A stretch of 24,000 nt of DNA from Candidatus Parcubacteria bacterium (GCA_023391075.1 JAEWBQ010000004.1:60379-84378), one strand, 5' to 3'. Shown: positions 5,263-14,969, counted from the stretch's first letter. Notes: a model not told the origin generated them from the letters alone. Made by a program: numbers and translations.

Positions 5263-8200
5263 CTAGGCGGCAAATTCGACGTCTTCGGCGATTTCGCTAG
5301 CGAAATCTTCCTCTTCGTCTTCGTTGCGGGCACCAGTACCTACAGGAATCTTGCGACCGATGATCACGTTTTCCTTGAGGCCGTGCAGGCGGTCAGCGCG
5401 GCCACTTGTGGCAGCGTTGATGAGCACGCGAGTGGTGTCCTGGAACGATGCAGCTGACAGCCAGCTATCGCTCCAGATCGAAACCTTGGTGATACCGAGG
5501 AGCAGTTGGGTGTAGCGGATTAGTTCCTTACCCTCTGCAGCCAGTTCAGCGTTCGCTTCGACGACAGCCGCCTTAGAGACGATGTCACCGGTAACGAAGG
5601 CGCTGTCACCTGGGTCTTCCACCTGTACCCGGCTGAACATCTGACGCACGATGATCTCGAGGTGCTTGTCGGCAACGTCTTGACCCTGTGCGGCGTAGAT
5701 GCGGAGCACTTCGTTGATGATGTAGCGCTGGGTTGCTTCGGTACCCTTGAGGCGCATCAGGTCGTGCAGGTTGAGTGAACCGATCGTCAGGCGGTCGCCT
5801 GCTTCTACGGTGTCACCAGCCGATACGACGAGCTGAGTTGAACCAGGGATTTCGTAGCGAACCGGCGCACCGGCATTTGCAGCCAGAACGAGCGTGTTCT
5901 CAGCGACTTCAACGACACCGTCAAATGGTGCGACGAGTGGCTTCGCTTCGCCTTCAGCGGTCGCCAGGACATCACCGACCTTGACGTTGCTGCCCGACTT
6001 GACGTTGACCGTACGGCCTTCAAGTTCGATGCGTTCAACGTGGCCAGCTTCTGGCGTCACCTGAACGATATACTTCTTGCCATCTTCCCAGACATCTACC
6101 AGACCGGTGACTTCCGTCATGTAGGCCTGACCCTTTGGCGCACGAGCTTCGAAGAGCTCTTCGACACGAGGGAGACCCTGGGTGATGTCACCACCAGCCA
6201 CACCACCGGCGTGGAAGGTACGGAGCGTCAGCTGGGTACCAGGCTCACCGACTGACTGTGCAGCGATGACACCGACTGGCTGAGCGTTGTCGATCAGCTG
6301 GTTGGTCGCCATATCGATACCGTAGCTCTTACGTGGGATACCACGCAGGTTCTTGGTCGACAGAACGCTCTGGATCTTGACTTCCTTGATCGATTCGTCA
6401 GCTTCGATAGCGTTGGCGATCTCACGGGTGATCAGCTCGTTCTTGCCGATATGACCTGGGATGTCTTCGGCGGTGTAGCGGCCGTTAAGGCGGTTACTGA
6501 AGTCGATCATCGTCAGTTCGGTTTCTGAACGGTAGATTGAGTAACCATCGTCATCACCAGCTTCGTCTTCTACTGTAAAGACGTCCTGCGACACGTCGAC
6601 CAGACGGCGGGTCAGGTAACCTGAGTCAGCGGTCTTGAGGGCGGTGTCGATCAGACCCTTACGTGCACCACGGGTGGCGACGAACTGTTCGAGTGAGCTG
6701 AGGCCCTTCTTGTAGCTTGAGCGGATAGGCAGCTCGATTTCCTTGTTGGTGGCATCCACCTGGAGACCGATCATCGCGCTCGCCAGCTTCACGTTTGAGA
6801 TATCACCACGAGCGCCAGAGTTGACCATCACCGAAATGCTGGTGTCCATGCTCTTGAGCTTGTCTTGCAGGAATTCGGTAATCTTGCGGTCAACCGTACG
6901 CCATGTCGATACGGTCAAGCTGTAACGCTCTTCGTCGGTGATGAGACCTTGGTCGTACTGCTCAGAGATGAGCGCAGCCTTGGCGTCACCCTCTGCGATG
7001 AACGCAGGGATTTCTTCGAAGTGCAGGTAGTCGTCCATGCCGGTCGATACGGCAGCAGTCGTAGCGAAGCGGAATGCCAGGCCCTTCATGCGGTCGGCGG
7101 TCTTTGCAGTCATTTCAGCACCGTACTTGTCGAAGACCTGTGCGAGTACCTTCTTGAGCTGCTTCTTGCTCTGGATCGAGTTGTCATACGGGAAATCAGC
7201 CGGCAGGATTTCGTTGAAGAAGACGCGGCCGAGCGTGGTATCGCGGATCTGGCCCTTCGTGAAGACACGGATCGGTGTCTGGAGCTGGATCGTACCCTTG
7301 TCGTAGGCCATTTCAGCTTCGTAGACAGAGCTGTATGGCTTGATGCCTTCGGTCTGAGCGGCAGGCTTTTCGTATGTCAGGTAGTAGTTACCGAGGACAA
7401 CGTCCTGACCGATGTTGAGCACTGGCGAACCGTCGGCTGGCTTCAGCAGGTTGTTGGTTGCTGACATCAGCTCGCGAGCTTCTGCCTGTGCTTCATCGCT
7501 CAGTGGCAAGTGAACAGCCATCTGGTCACCATCGTAGTCGGCGTTGAAACCGTTGGCAACGAGTGGGTGCAGCTGGATTGCCTTACCTTCGACGAGAACT
7601 GGCTGGAAGGCCTGGATAGACAGACGGTGGAGTGACGGTGCGCGGTTGAGGAGCACGTACTTGCCTTCGATAACAGCGTCGAGTGCGTCCCAGACCAGTG
7701 CGTCACCGGCTTCGATCAGACGAGTAGCAGAACGGATGTTGTGCGCGTGCTCGCCACGGATCAGCCAGCTGATAACGAATGGCTTGAACAGTTCGAGGGC
7801 CATCTGTTTTGGCAGACCACACTGGTGGATCTTGAGCTTTGGACCGACGACGATAACTGAACGGCCTGAGTAGTCGACACGCTTACCGAGAAGGTTCTGG
7901 CGGAAACGACCCTGCTTACCCTTGAGCATGTCGCTGATTGATTTCAGACGGCGGCGGCCACCGGTCGCGTTAACGGCGCGGCCACCACGAGCGGCTGAGT
8001 TGTCAATCAGTGAGTCGACGGCTTCCTGGAGCATGCGCATTTCGTTGCGGCGGATGACTTCAGGAGCGTTGAGCTCGATCAGCTTCTTGAGACGGTTGTT
8101 ACGGTTGATGACACGGCGATAGAGGTCATTGAGGTCGCTGGTCGCGAAACGGCCACCGGTCAGCTGCACCATCGGACGGAGGTCCGGCGGGATGACTGGC

Positions 8201-9093
8201 AGGACGGTCAGGGCGAGGCTGTTTGGCTTGATGCCGGCAGCGTGCATACCCTCGAGCACCTTGAGGCGCTTAAGGAGCTTCTTTTCGCGCTGGCCCTTGG
8301 CTGATTCGACTTCCTCGCTCAGCTGCTTGATCAGCACTGGCAGGTCGATTTCGTCGAGCAGTGCCTTCAGAGCGACGCCACCCATACCAACCTTGACGAG
8401 TTCTTCGTACTCTTCTGGAAGTGCGCGGTAGTCAGTTTCGTTCAGCAGTGCGCCCTTTACGAGGCTTTCGAGCTGAGCTTTCTTGACGTTGTAGCTTTCG
8501 TTGAGGTCTTCGACTTCACGTGACTGCTGTTCAGCGAGTGTCTTGACGTCGGCACCTTCAACTTCGGCTTCTTTTTCGAAGCGCATCTTGATAGCCATGC
8601 GGCCAGCTTCGGTTTCGGCTTCGAGGTCGGCCAGGTACTGGTCGCGCTTCTCTGCCTCGACGTCGAGGATGACATAGGTAGCAAAGTAAGCGATGCGCTC
8701 GAGGTTACGAACCGTGATGCCGAGCAGCAGGCTCATCGCGCTTGGGGTGCCGCGCATGAACCAGATGTGTGCTACTGGAGCAGCCAGCTGGATGTGACCC
8801 ATGCGTTCGCGGCGAACGATGCTCTTGGTAACGAGCTCGCCATTCTTGTCGACGGCAGCTTCGCGAGAGCGAACGCCCTTGAGCTTGCTGTCGTGCGGGT
8901 TGATATCTTTGACTGGGCCAAAGATACGCTCACAGAACAGACCGTCGCGTTCTGGCTTCTGGGTGCGGTAGTTGATGGTTTCTGGCTTGGTAACTTCGCC
9001 GTAGCTCCATTTGAGGATGTCCTCAGGGCTAGCGACGGCCAGACGTACGGCGTCAAAGTCACCGATGCCGTTGGTGGCGACTACTCGACTCAT
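5263..9093 (-). CDS. rpoC: DNA-directed RNA polymerase subunit beta'
   Basis: 1276-aa ORF with NADFDGDQMAVHLPLS, ATRGARKGLIDTALKTADSGYLTRRLVDV, GEPGTQLTLRTFHAGG; start overlaps rpoB stop (TAATG) and has AAGGAGG. Confidence 0.99.
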   Translation of the reverse strand: MSRVVATNGIGDFDAVRLAVASPEDILKWSYGEVTKPETINYRTQKPERDGLFCERIFGPVKDINPHDSKLKGVRSREAAVDKNGELVTKSIVRRERMGHIQLAAPVAHIWFMRGTPSAMSLLLGITVRNLERIAYFATYVILDVEAEKRDQYLADLEAETEAGRMAIKMRFEKEAEVEGADVKTLAEQQSREVEDLNESYNVKKAQLESLVKGALLNETDYRALPEEYEELVKVGMGGVALKALLDEIDLPVLIKQLSEEVESAKGQREKKLLKRLKVLEGMHAAGIKPNSLALTVLPVIPPDLRPMVQLTGGRFATSDLNDLYRRVINRNNRLKKLIELNAPEVIRRNEMRMLQEAVDSLIDNSAARGGRAVNATGGRRRLKSISDMLKGKQGRFRQNLLGKRVDYSGRSVIVVGPKLKIHQCGLPKQMALELFKPFVISWLIRGEHAHNIRSATRLIEAGDALVWDALDAVIEGKYVLLNRAPSLHRLSIQAFQPVLVEGKAIQLHPLVANGFNADYDGDQMAVHLPLSDEAQAEARELMSATNNLLKPADGSPVLNIGQDVVLGNYYLTYEKPAAQTEGIKPYSSVYEAEMAYDKGTIQLQTPIRVFTKGQIRDTTLGRVFFNEILPADFPYDNSIQSKKQLKKVLAQVFDKYGAEMTAKTADRMKGLAFRFATTAAVSTGMDDYLHFEEIPAFIAEGDAKAALISEQYDQGLITDEERYSLTVSTWRTVDRKITEFLQDKLKSMDTSISVMVNSGARGDISNVKLASAMIGLQVDATNKEIELPIRSSYKKGLSSLEQFVATRGARKGLIDTALKTADSGYLTRRLVDVSQDVFTVEDEAGDDDGYSIYRSETELTMIDFSNRLNGRYTAEDIPGHIGKNELITREIANAIEADESIKEVKIQSVLSTKNLRGIPRKSYGIDMATNQLIDNAQPVGVIAAQSVGEPGTQLTLRTFHAGGVAGGDITQGLPRVEELFEARAPKGQAYMTEVTGLVDVWEDGKKYIVQVTPEAGHVERIELEGRTVNVKSGSNVKVGDVLATAEGEAKPLVAPFDGVVEVAENTLVLAANAGAPVRYEIPGSTQLVVSAGDTVEAGDRLTIGSLNLHDLMRLKGTEATQRYIINEVLRIYAAQGQDVADKHLEIIVRQMFSRVQVEDPGDSAFVTGDIVSKAAVVEANAELAAEGKELIRYTQLLLGITKVSIWSDSWLSAASFQDTTRVLINAATSGRADRLHGLKENVIIGRKIPVGTGARNEDEEEDFASEIAEDVEFAA

Positions 9094-12000
9094 TACGCGT
9101 CCTCCTTAATTGTTTCGATTTCGTCAATATCTTGAATGTTCATGCCGTCTTCGATGTCGCCGAATTCATCAGCTTCGTCGAGTACGGTTTCAGTGTCTTC
9201 GTCATCTGCGAATGAGACCTGAGCTGGCACAGACTTGTCTTCTGGACCGGCGTTAGCAATCACGTGCTCAGCGTCAACGACTTCGTCTTCTGATTCGTCG
9301 AGCAGGTCAACACGCAGACCGAGGCCTTGTAGTTCCTTCACGAGGACGTTGAAGCTTTCTGGCAGCTTCGGACCAACGATCGGCTCGTGCTTGATGATCG
9401 ATTCGTATGCCTTGGCACGACCGTAAACATCGTCGGACTTGATGGTAAGCATTTCCTGGAGCGTAGCGGCAGCACCGTATGCTTCCAGTGCCCACACCTC
9501 CATCTCACCGAAGCGCTGGCCGCCATTTTGTGCCTTACCACCGAGCGGCTGCTGGGTGACCATCGTGTATGGACCAGTCGAGCGGGCGTGGATCTTGTCG
9601 CTGACCATGTGGTGCAGCTTGATCATGTGCATGACACCGACAGTGGTGCGCTCTTCGAACGCTTCACCAGTACGACCGTCAAACAGCTGACTCTTACCAT
9701 CACGGGCGAGGCCGGCTTTTTCGAGCTCATCGGCGATCACTTCGTTTGGCACACCGTTGAATGGAGGCGTTGCAACCTTGTAACCAAGGGCGCGCGCAGC
9801 CATACCGAGGTGCGTTTCAAACAGCTGACCGATATTCATACGGCTTGGGACACCGAGTGGGTTGAGGACGACGTCGACTGGCGTACCGTCTTCCATGAAT
9901 GGCATGTCTTCGGTTGGGAGGATACGTGCGACCACACCCTTGTTACCGTGACGACCTGCCAGCTTGTCACCGACAGAGATCTTGCGCAGCTGTGCGACGA
10001 AGATCTGGATCTGCATCAAGACACCTGCCTTGAGTTCGTGACCGTTCTCACGTGAGAAGATCTTGACGCCGACGACCTTGCCGCCACCAGCATTGTTCAT
10101 GCGCTGTGAAGTATCGCGGACATCCTTGGCTTTTTCACCGAAGATGGCACGGAGGAGGCGCTCTTCTGAGCTAAGCTCCTGCTCACCCTTTGGCGTAATC
10201 TTACCGACGAGGACGTCACCGGCCTTGACCTCAGAACCGACTTGTACGATACCGTTTTCGTCGAGGTGGCGCAGTGATTCTTCTGATACGTTCGGGATAT
10301 CGCGGGTTACGATTTCCGGGCCAAGTTTGGTTTCGCGGACTTCAACAGTGTAGTCCTTGATGTTGATGCTTGAGAGGCCGTCTTCCTTGACGAGGCGGTC
10401 GCTCAGGACGATTGCGTCGTCCATGTTGTAACCGTTCCAAGGCATGAAGGCGACGAGCAGGTCGCGGCCGAGCGCGAGCTCGCCGTCAGCAACTGACGCA
10501 CCTTCGATCAGGGTGTCACCCTTCTTTACCTTGTCGCCGCGGTTAACGCGGGTCTTTTGGTTGATCGAGCGGTCGTCGTTGCTCTTCTCAAAGTGAGTCA
10601 GTTCGTAAATCTTGACGCCGTCTTTGTACTTGACGTGAACCTGGTCGCCGTCAGCACGAACGACTTCACCGTCGCCTTCGGCCATAACCAGCTGGCTGGT
10701 GTTCTGGGCGATTGACGCTTCGATACCAGTACCAACGGTTGGAGCTTCAGGATTGAGGAGCGGTACAGCCTGTTTCTGCATGTTTGAACCGGTCAAAGCA
10801 CGGTCTACACGGTCTTTCTCTACGAAAGGCACGAGGCTGGCGGTCGAACCGAGGATCTGCTTGTGCGCAGCGTCCATGAAGGTGATTTCGCTGGCGTCAA
10901 CCTGGCCAGGAGCGAGGCTGATACGAGCACTAACACGCTCGTCCTTGAACGTACCATCTTCGTTGAGTTCAACGCCGGCTTCAGCGATGACTTCGGTGAT
11001 TTCCTGTGAGGCGTCCATGTAGACAACTTCGTCAGTTACCTTGCCGTCGACGACGCGCAGGTATGGAGTTTCGATGAACCCGTATTCGTTAACACGAGCG
11101 TAGGTCGCAAGGTTGAGTACCAGACCGATGTTCGCGCCTTCTGGGGTTTCCACGGAACAGAGGCGGCCGTAGTGAGTTGGGTGGGCGTCACGAACGTCCA
11201 GACCAGCACGCTCACGCGAGAGACCGCCAGGACCCATCGAGCTGAGGCGGCGCTTGTGCGAAAGCTCGGCGAGTGGGTTGGTGTCGTCCATCAGCTGTGA
11301 CAGCTGTGAGCTGGCGAAGAATTCGCGAACCGCAGCGACCACTGGACGAGCGTTGATCAGCTGGCCAGGAGTGACCGTTTCGAGGTCAGACATAGACATG
11401 CGGTCCATAGCGTTACGCTGCATACGGAGCATACCGACGCGGAACTGGCGAGCAACGAGCTCACCGACCAGCTTGATGCGGCGGTTGCTGAGAGCGTCGA
11501 TGTCATCGGCAGCTTCCTGCGTATTGTTGAGGCGGATGAGCTCCTTGATAATGGCAACGAGGTCGCTCATCTGGAAAACGCGGTTTTCGCTAGTGTTCGC
11601 TACTTCCAGGCCGAGGCGCTGGTTGAGCTTGTAACGGCCGACGCGGCTGTAGTCGAAGCGCTTGAAGTCGAAGAACATGCGTTCGATCATGCTGCGGGCG
11701 TTATCGACGGTCGCCAGGTCACCTGGACGCAGGCGGCGGTAAACTTCGATCAGGGCTTCGTTTGCACCACGTGCAGCGTCCTTCTCAAGAGTTGCATCGA
11801 TGTACTTGGTTTCACCAGTGTCGACATCAGCAAAGAGTGCCTTGATGTCGCTCGTCTTGGCGTGGCCAAGTGCGCGCAACAATGTCGTAACAGGCAGCTT
11901 GCGGCGGCGGTCGATCTTGACGTAGAGTGCGCCGTTTGAAGCGGTCTCGAATTCGAGCCATGCACCGCGGCCAGGGATCAACTTGGCACCGTAATAGTTC

Positions 12001-12455
12001 TGGCCGGCAACAGAGTCAGCCGTGAAGAATACACCAGCTGAACGGATCAGCTGTGAAACGACAACACGCTCGGTACCGTTGATGATAAACGTACCGCGGT
12101 CGGTCATCCATGGGTAGTCACCCAGGTAGATTTCCTGTTCTTTGACTTCGCCAGTCACCTTGTTGGTCAGCTCGACCTTGGCATGCAGCGGAGCATCAAA
12201 GGTCAAGTTGTTTTCCTTGGCGTCCTGTTCGCTTGTCTTAGGGTCCTGGAACGCATAATCCTTAAACCGCAGTTCGAGCTTCTGACCGGTATAGTCCTCG
12301 ATTGGGTTAAGTTCTGCAAAAATCTCGCTCAAACCGGTCTCGACGAATTCTCGCCATGAGTCCTTCTGGTGAGCGATGAGGTTTGGTAGCGGCAAAGCCG
12401 TGTCATCCTTCGTAAAGAATACACGCTTCGTCGCGGTAGCCTTGGTTTGTGCCAC
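9093..12455 (-). CDS. rpoB: DNA-directed RNA polymerase subunit beta
   Basis: RpoB motifs including SQLSQLMDDTNPLAELSHKRRLSSMGPGGLSRERAG and GQRFGEMEVWALEAYGAA. GTG start with GAGGAG preferred over the track's TTG at 12473. Confidence 0.98.
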   Translation of the reverse strand: MAQTKATATKRVFFTKDDTALPLPNLIAHQKDSWREFVETGLSEIFAELNPIEDYTGQKLELRFKDYAFQDPKTSEQDAKENNLTFDAPLHAKVELTNKVTGEVKEQEIYLGDYPWMTDRGTFIINGTERVVVSQLIRSAGVFFTADSVAGQNYYGAKLIPGRGAWLEFETASNGALYVKIDRRRKLPVTTLLRALGHAKTSDIKALFADVDTGETKYIDATLEKDAARGANEALIEVYRRLRPGDLATVDNARSMIERMFFDFKRFDYSRVGRYKLNQRLGLEVANTSENRVFQMSDLVAIIKELIRLNNTQEAADDIDALSNRRIKLVGELVARQFRVGMLRMQRNAMDRMSMSDLETVTPGQLINARPVVAAVREFFASSQLSQLMDDTNPLAELSHKRRLSSMGPGGLSRERAGLDVRDAHPTHYGRLCSVETPEGANIGLVLNLATYARVNEYGFIETPYLRVVDGKVTDEVVYMDASQEITEVIAEAGVELNEDGTFKDERVSARISLAPGQVDASEITFMDAAHKQILGSTASLVPFVEKDRVDRALTGSNMQKQAVPLLNPEAPTVGTGIEASIAQNTSQLVMAEGDGEVVRADGDQVHVKYKDGVKIYELTHFEKSNDDRSINQKTRVNRGDKVKKGDTLIEGASVADGELALGRDLLVAFMPWNGYNMDDAIVLSDRLVKEDGLSSINIKDYTVEVRETKLGPEIVTRDIPNVSEESLRHLDENGIVQVGSEVKAGDVLVGKITPKGEQELSSEERLLRAIFGEKAKDVRDTSQRMNNAGGGKVVGVKIFSRENGHELKAGVLMQIQIFVAQLRKISVGDKLAGRHGNKGVVARILPTEDMPFMEDGTPVDVVLNPLGVPSRMNIGQLFETHLGMAARALGYKVATPPFNGVPNEVIADELEKAGLARDGKSQLFDGRTGEAFEERTTVGVMHMIKLHHMVSDKIHARSTGPYTMVTQQPLGGKAQNGGQRFGEMEVWALEAYGAAATLQEMLTIKSDDVYGRAKAYESIIKHEPIVGPKLPESFNVLVKELQGLGLRVDLLDESEDEVVDAEHVIANAGPEDKSVPAQVSFADDEDTETVLDEADEFGDIEDGMNIQDIDEIETIKEDA

Positions 12456-12643
12456 GCGGTAAACTCCTCGCAATAAATTGTTTTAGTGATAGAATCGGCG
12501 CCGAAGATCCTTGCTATGGTCGTGCCCGGCCGTTGCCACTTGACTGGGGACATAGATAACCACAACTACACTACTTCTTAGTACTTATTGTGAAGCCTGG
12601 GAAGCAAATAGTCAAGTAATTTACCGGATGATTTTACTAGGAA

Positions 12644-13387
12644 TTATGCTTCAATGTCCGCAATGACAATCGTGCCATCATCGATAATGTGAGAGGCGCT
12701 AAAAATCTTATTTACCGTAGCTACGGCGGTCTGACCTACGCTCCGTACTGCACTCTCCATCCACCATTGATACTCATCGTTCATGCCGTCAAATCCTATC
12801 GGTCCCAGCCCGTCCGTCGCAAACACCAGCCTATCGCCCTCACTCAGCCTCTCAAACCCCCAGATAGGCAGGTGCGAGTGAGTACTATTCGGCCTTAGTG
12901 TCAGACGGTCATGGTCTCCACCGAGGGCGTTCAAAAGTTGGTGACGCGCATTTGGGTCGTGCTGGGGCTGGGTCAGTTCATATAGGTCACCGGAAGCTGG
13001 CAAATAAAATAAACGCGAGTCGCCTGCGTGCAGCCATGCCACGTAACCATCGTCCGTTACGACGCTCCCCGTGAAGGTCGTTACTGATCCCGTCTCCTTC
13101 ACTGCCCTGTGCAGCTCACTGTATACCTCAGGCAGCGCCTCGAGGACGGCTTGGATACCCAGCCGAAACGAAGGTGCATACTTCACGAATGCTTCGCACG
13201 CTGCCTCTGCGGCAAGAGCGCCGTCGCTGCTTCCTCCTACCCCGTCAGCAACCGCAAAGAACTGTGTATCAACATCAGCTACCAGGCGGTCCTGTCCGCT
13301 TGGTTGGCCCGGCGGCAAGTCATAATGAAGAAGCTGCGCCACTTCCCGACGCGTGCGACTACGAAAAGCCACCTCGCCAATACTCAT
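12644..13387 (-). CDS. PP2C-family serine/threonine protein phosphatase
   Basis: Motifs FFAVADGVGGSSDGALAAEAA, GDSRLFYL, LVFATDGLG typical of PP2C. Start taken at MSIGEVAF. Confidence 0.88.
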   Translation of the reverse strand: MSIGEVAFRSRTRREVAQLLHYDLPPGQPSGQDRLVADVDTQFFAVADGVGGSSDGALAAEAACEAFVKYAPSFRLGIQAVLEALPEVYSELHRAVKETGSVTTFTGSVVTDDGYVAWLHAGDSRLFYLPASGDLYELTQPQHDPNARHQLLNALGGDHDRLTLRPNSTHSHLPIWGFERLSEGDRLVFATDGLGPIGFDGMNDEYQWWMESAVRSVGQTAVATVNKIFSASHIIDDGTIVIADIEA

Positions 13388-13397
13388 TGTAAGGAGA

Positions 13398-13420
13398 TTT
13401 ATATCACAAGTTATCAAACA
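13398..13420 (-). promoter_or_regulatory. Putative extended -10 promoter (TGATATAAA at about 13398-13406; upstream TTGATT)
   Basis: -10 TATAAA 10 nt upstream of the ATG at 13387; no SD between. Confidence 0.5.
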
Positions 13421-13426
13421 ATCAAA

Positions 13427-13732
13427 CTATACGGTGTGCGTCACGAGTAGGCTCACTACTACGAGGCTGTCGATCAGTATCCAGAGAATGTTCGAGACGA
13501 TCATCGGCATCACCCGGTGGCGCAGGCCATATATCAGGAACAGTCCAGCGCACAGTGCGAAACTAATCCATGAAATAATAGACACGCCATGCGCGTCACC
13601 TTCAATAATCTTAACAAGCTGCGGCAAAGCACTCATGGGGTATACCACTGAGACCACAAAGACTAATCGCGTCAAAATTTTATCGCCGGCTGGGGCGGTC
13701 TTTTTGTGTTTGACTGGAACAGGAGCAAGCAT
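13427..13732 (-). CDS. SemiSWEET/PQ-loop-like small transporter
   Basis: About 100 aa, hydrophobic, with VVYPMSALPQLVKIIEGDAHGVSIISWISFALCAGLFLIYGL, resembling SemiSWEET PQ-loop and following helices. Start uncertain; TATAAT 7 nt upstream of ATG 13732. Confidence 0.75.
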   Translation of the reverse strand: MLAPVPVKHKKTAPAGDKILTRLVFVVSVVYPMSALPQLVKIIEGDAHGVSIISWISFALCAGLFLIYGLRHRVMPMIVSNILWILIDSLVVVSLLVTHTV

Positions 13733-13895
13733 AAGAGCTATTATACATGACCCGCTACCCTTTCGTCCTTTTGGACTCGTCAGTGTAATTACGCAATTAC
13801 AGAGGGTGTGTGCGATGACGGTTCGGTGGCATACACCACCACCCCGACACATCCTGTCGCACTCAGGGTTCTCCTTGCGGCTCTCGTGGCACCAG

Positions 13896-14150
13896 TTACT
13901 CTGTCGATAGCCGACGATACATCATGAAGGCTCCTGCAACAACCGCCACTGCCACAGTGGCAACATACCAGATAATACCGCAGCATATCACCAAGAGTAC
14001 GAATGCTAGGAAAAAAATGAACTTTAGCTTCACGTATTCGTCCGCCCCAAGGTGCCGCCTGTTTAACAGCCAGTCACGAACAGTGTGTTTTGATTCGACA
14101 ACCAAGTAAATCAAAGCGGCAAGTATCAGAAAGTTTACGAGCGCGTTCAT
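13896..14150 (-). CDS. Small membrane protein of unknown function
   Basis: MNALVNFLILAALIYLVVESKHTVRDWLLNRR... two hydrophobic stretches; GAGGG SD. Confidence 0.6.
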   Translation of the reverse strand: MNALVNFLILAALIYLVVESKHTVRDWLLNRRHLGADEYVKLKFIFFLAFVLLVICCGIIWYVATVAVAVVAGAFMMYRRLSTE

Positions 14151-14170
14151 CGATCCCTCATCCTCCAGAA

Positions 14171-14194
14171 GAACGGCCAAGATTATGGCCGTTC
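14171..14194 (-). terminator. Possible clpP terminator hairpin
   Basis: GAACGGCC/GGCCGTTC 8-bp stem, 8-nt loop; weak T-rich tail on minus strand. Confidence 0.4.
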
Positions 14195-14234
14195 GTAGCA
14201 TAGCGACACGTCCGGTCGCCGTCAAGCACCAGTG

Positions 14235-14831
14235 TTATTCTTTGGTGATCATCCCGTCGATCAAGCCGTACTCGATCGCCTCTTCGGCGCTCATCCAGAA
14301 GTCGCGGTCGGCGTCTTTCTCTATCTTGGCAAGTTTTTGGCCGGTGTTCTTGGCGAGGATTTCGTTAAGGCGCTGCTTGAGGAACAGGCCTTCGCGCAGC
14401 GTGATTTCTTGATCACTAATCTTGCCCTGCGTACCGCTCGACGGCTGGTGGATCATGATACGGCTGTTTGGTAATGCGAAGCGCTTGCCCTTCGTACCGC
14501 TGCTTAGCAGAAAGGCACCCATGCTCGCCTGCAGGCCGATGCCGATCGTCTGTACATCCGGCTTGATGTACTGGATCGTGTCGTAAATTGCGAGGCCGTC
14601 GTAGACACTGCCGCCCGGGCTATTGATATAGAGCTTGATGTCTTTGTGCGGGTCCTCATAGGCAAGATGGATCAACTGTGCGACGACAATATTCGCCGTG
14701 TGCTCGTTGACATCCTCACCGAGGAAGATAATACGTTCGTTTAAAAGGCGCGAGTAAATATCAAAGGCGCGTTCGCCGTCTGACGTCTTCTCGATGACCG
14801 TGGGTACAAGATAGTTCGATGGCTTATTCAT
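14235..14831 (-). CDS. clpP: ATP-dependent Clp protease proteolytic subunit
   Basis: ClpP hallmarks: [44 protein letters not shown]. Start taken at [12 protein letters not shown]. Confidence 0.97.
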   Translation of the reverse strand: MNKPSNYLVPTVIEKTSDGERAFDIYSRLLNERIIFLGEDVNEHTANIVVAQLIHLAYEDPHKDIKLYINSPGGSVYDGLAIYDTIQYIKPDVQTIGIGLQASMGAFLLSSGTKGKRFALPNSRIMIHQPSSGTQGKISDQEITLREGLFLKQRLNEILAKNTGQKLAKIEKDADRDFWMSAEEAIEYGLIDGMITKE

Positions 14832-14837
14832 ATACAT

Positions 14838-14878
14838 AGTATACACCCGATTTAGCACTCGCTGCAATAGAGTGCTAA
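14838..14878 (-). promoter_or_regulatory. clpP promoter (TTGCAG-N18-TATACT) with overlapping CIRCE operator (14852-14878)
   Basis: TTAGCACTC-N9-GAGTGCTAA is an exact match to the CIRCE/HrcA operator consensus; it covers the -35 hexamer (14862-14867). Confidence 0.92.
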
Positions 14879-14899
14879 TAACAGATACGGCGTCTGCCA

Positions 14900-14928
14900 T
14901 TGCACGATCCTAACCTACGTGCTATCCT
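14900..14928 (+). promoter_or_regulatory. Putative promoter TTGCAC-N17-TATCCT for the 66-aa ORF
   Basis: -35 14900-14905, -10 14923-14928. Confidence 0.45.
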
Positions 14929-14969
14929 GACGGGGCAACTTCGCATTTCTAACTACCTGAGGAGGTACC

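Noticed and set aside
6865-7464. 199-aa plus-strand ORF opposite rpoC
   Set aside because: Antisense shadow of rpoC.
9387-10055. 222-aa plus-strand ORF antisense to rpoB
   Set aside because: Fully inside rpoB; long antisense frames are expected opposite a conserved, codon-biased gene.
12587-12615. TTGACT-N17-CACAAT as the rpoBC promoter
   Set aside because: The -35 is good but the -10 is weak and the location was only approximate, so it was not listed as a feature.
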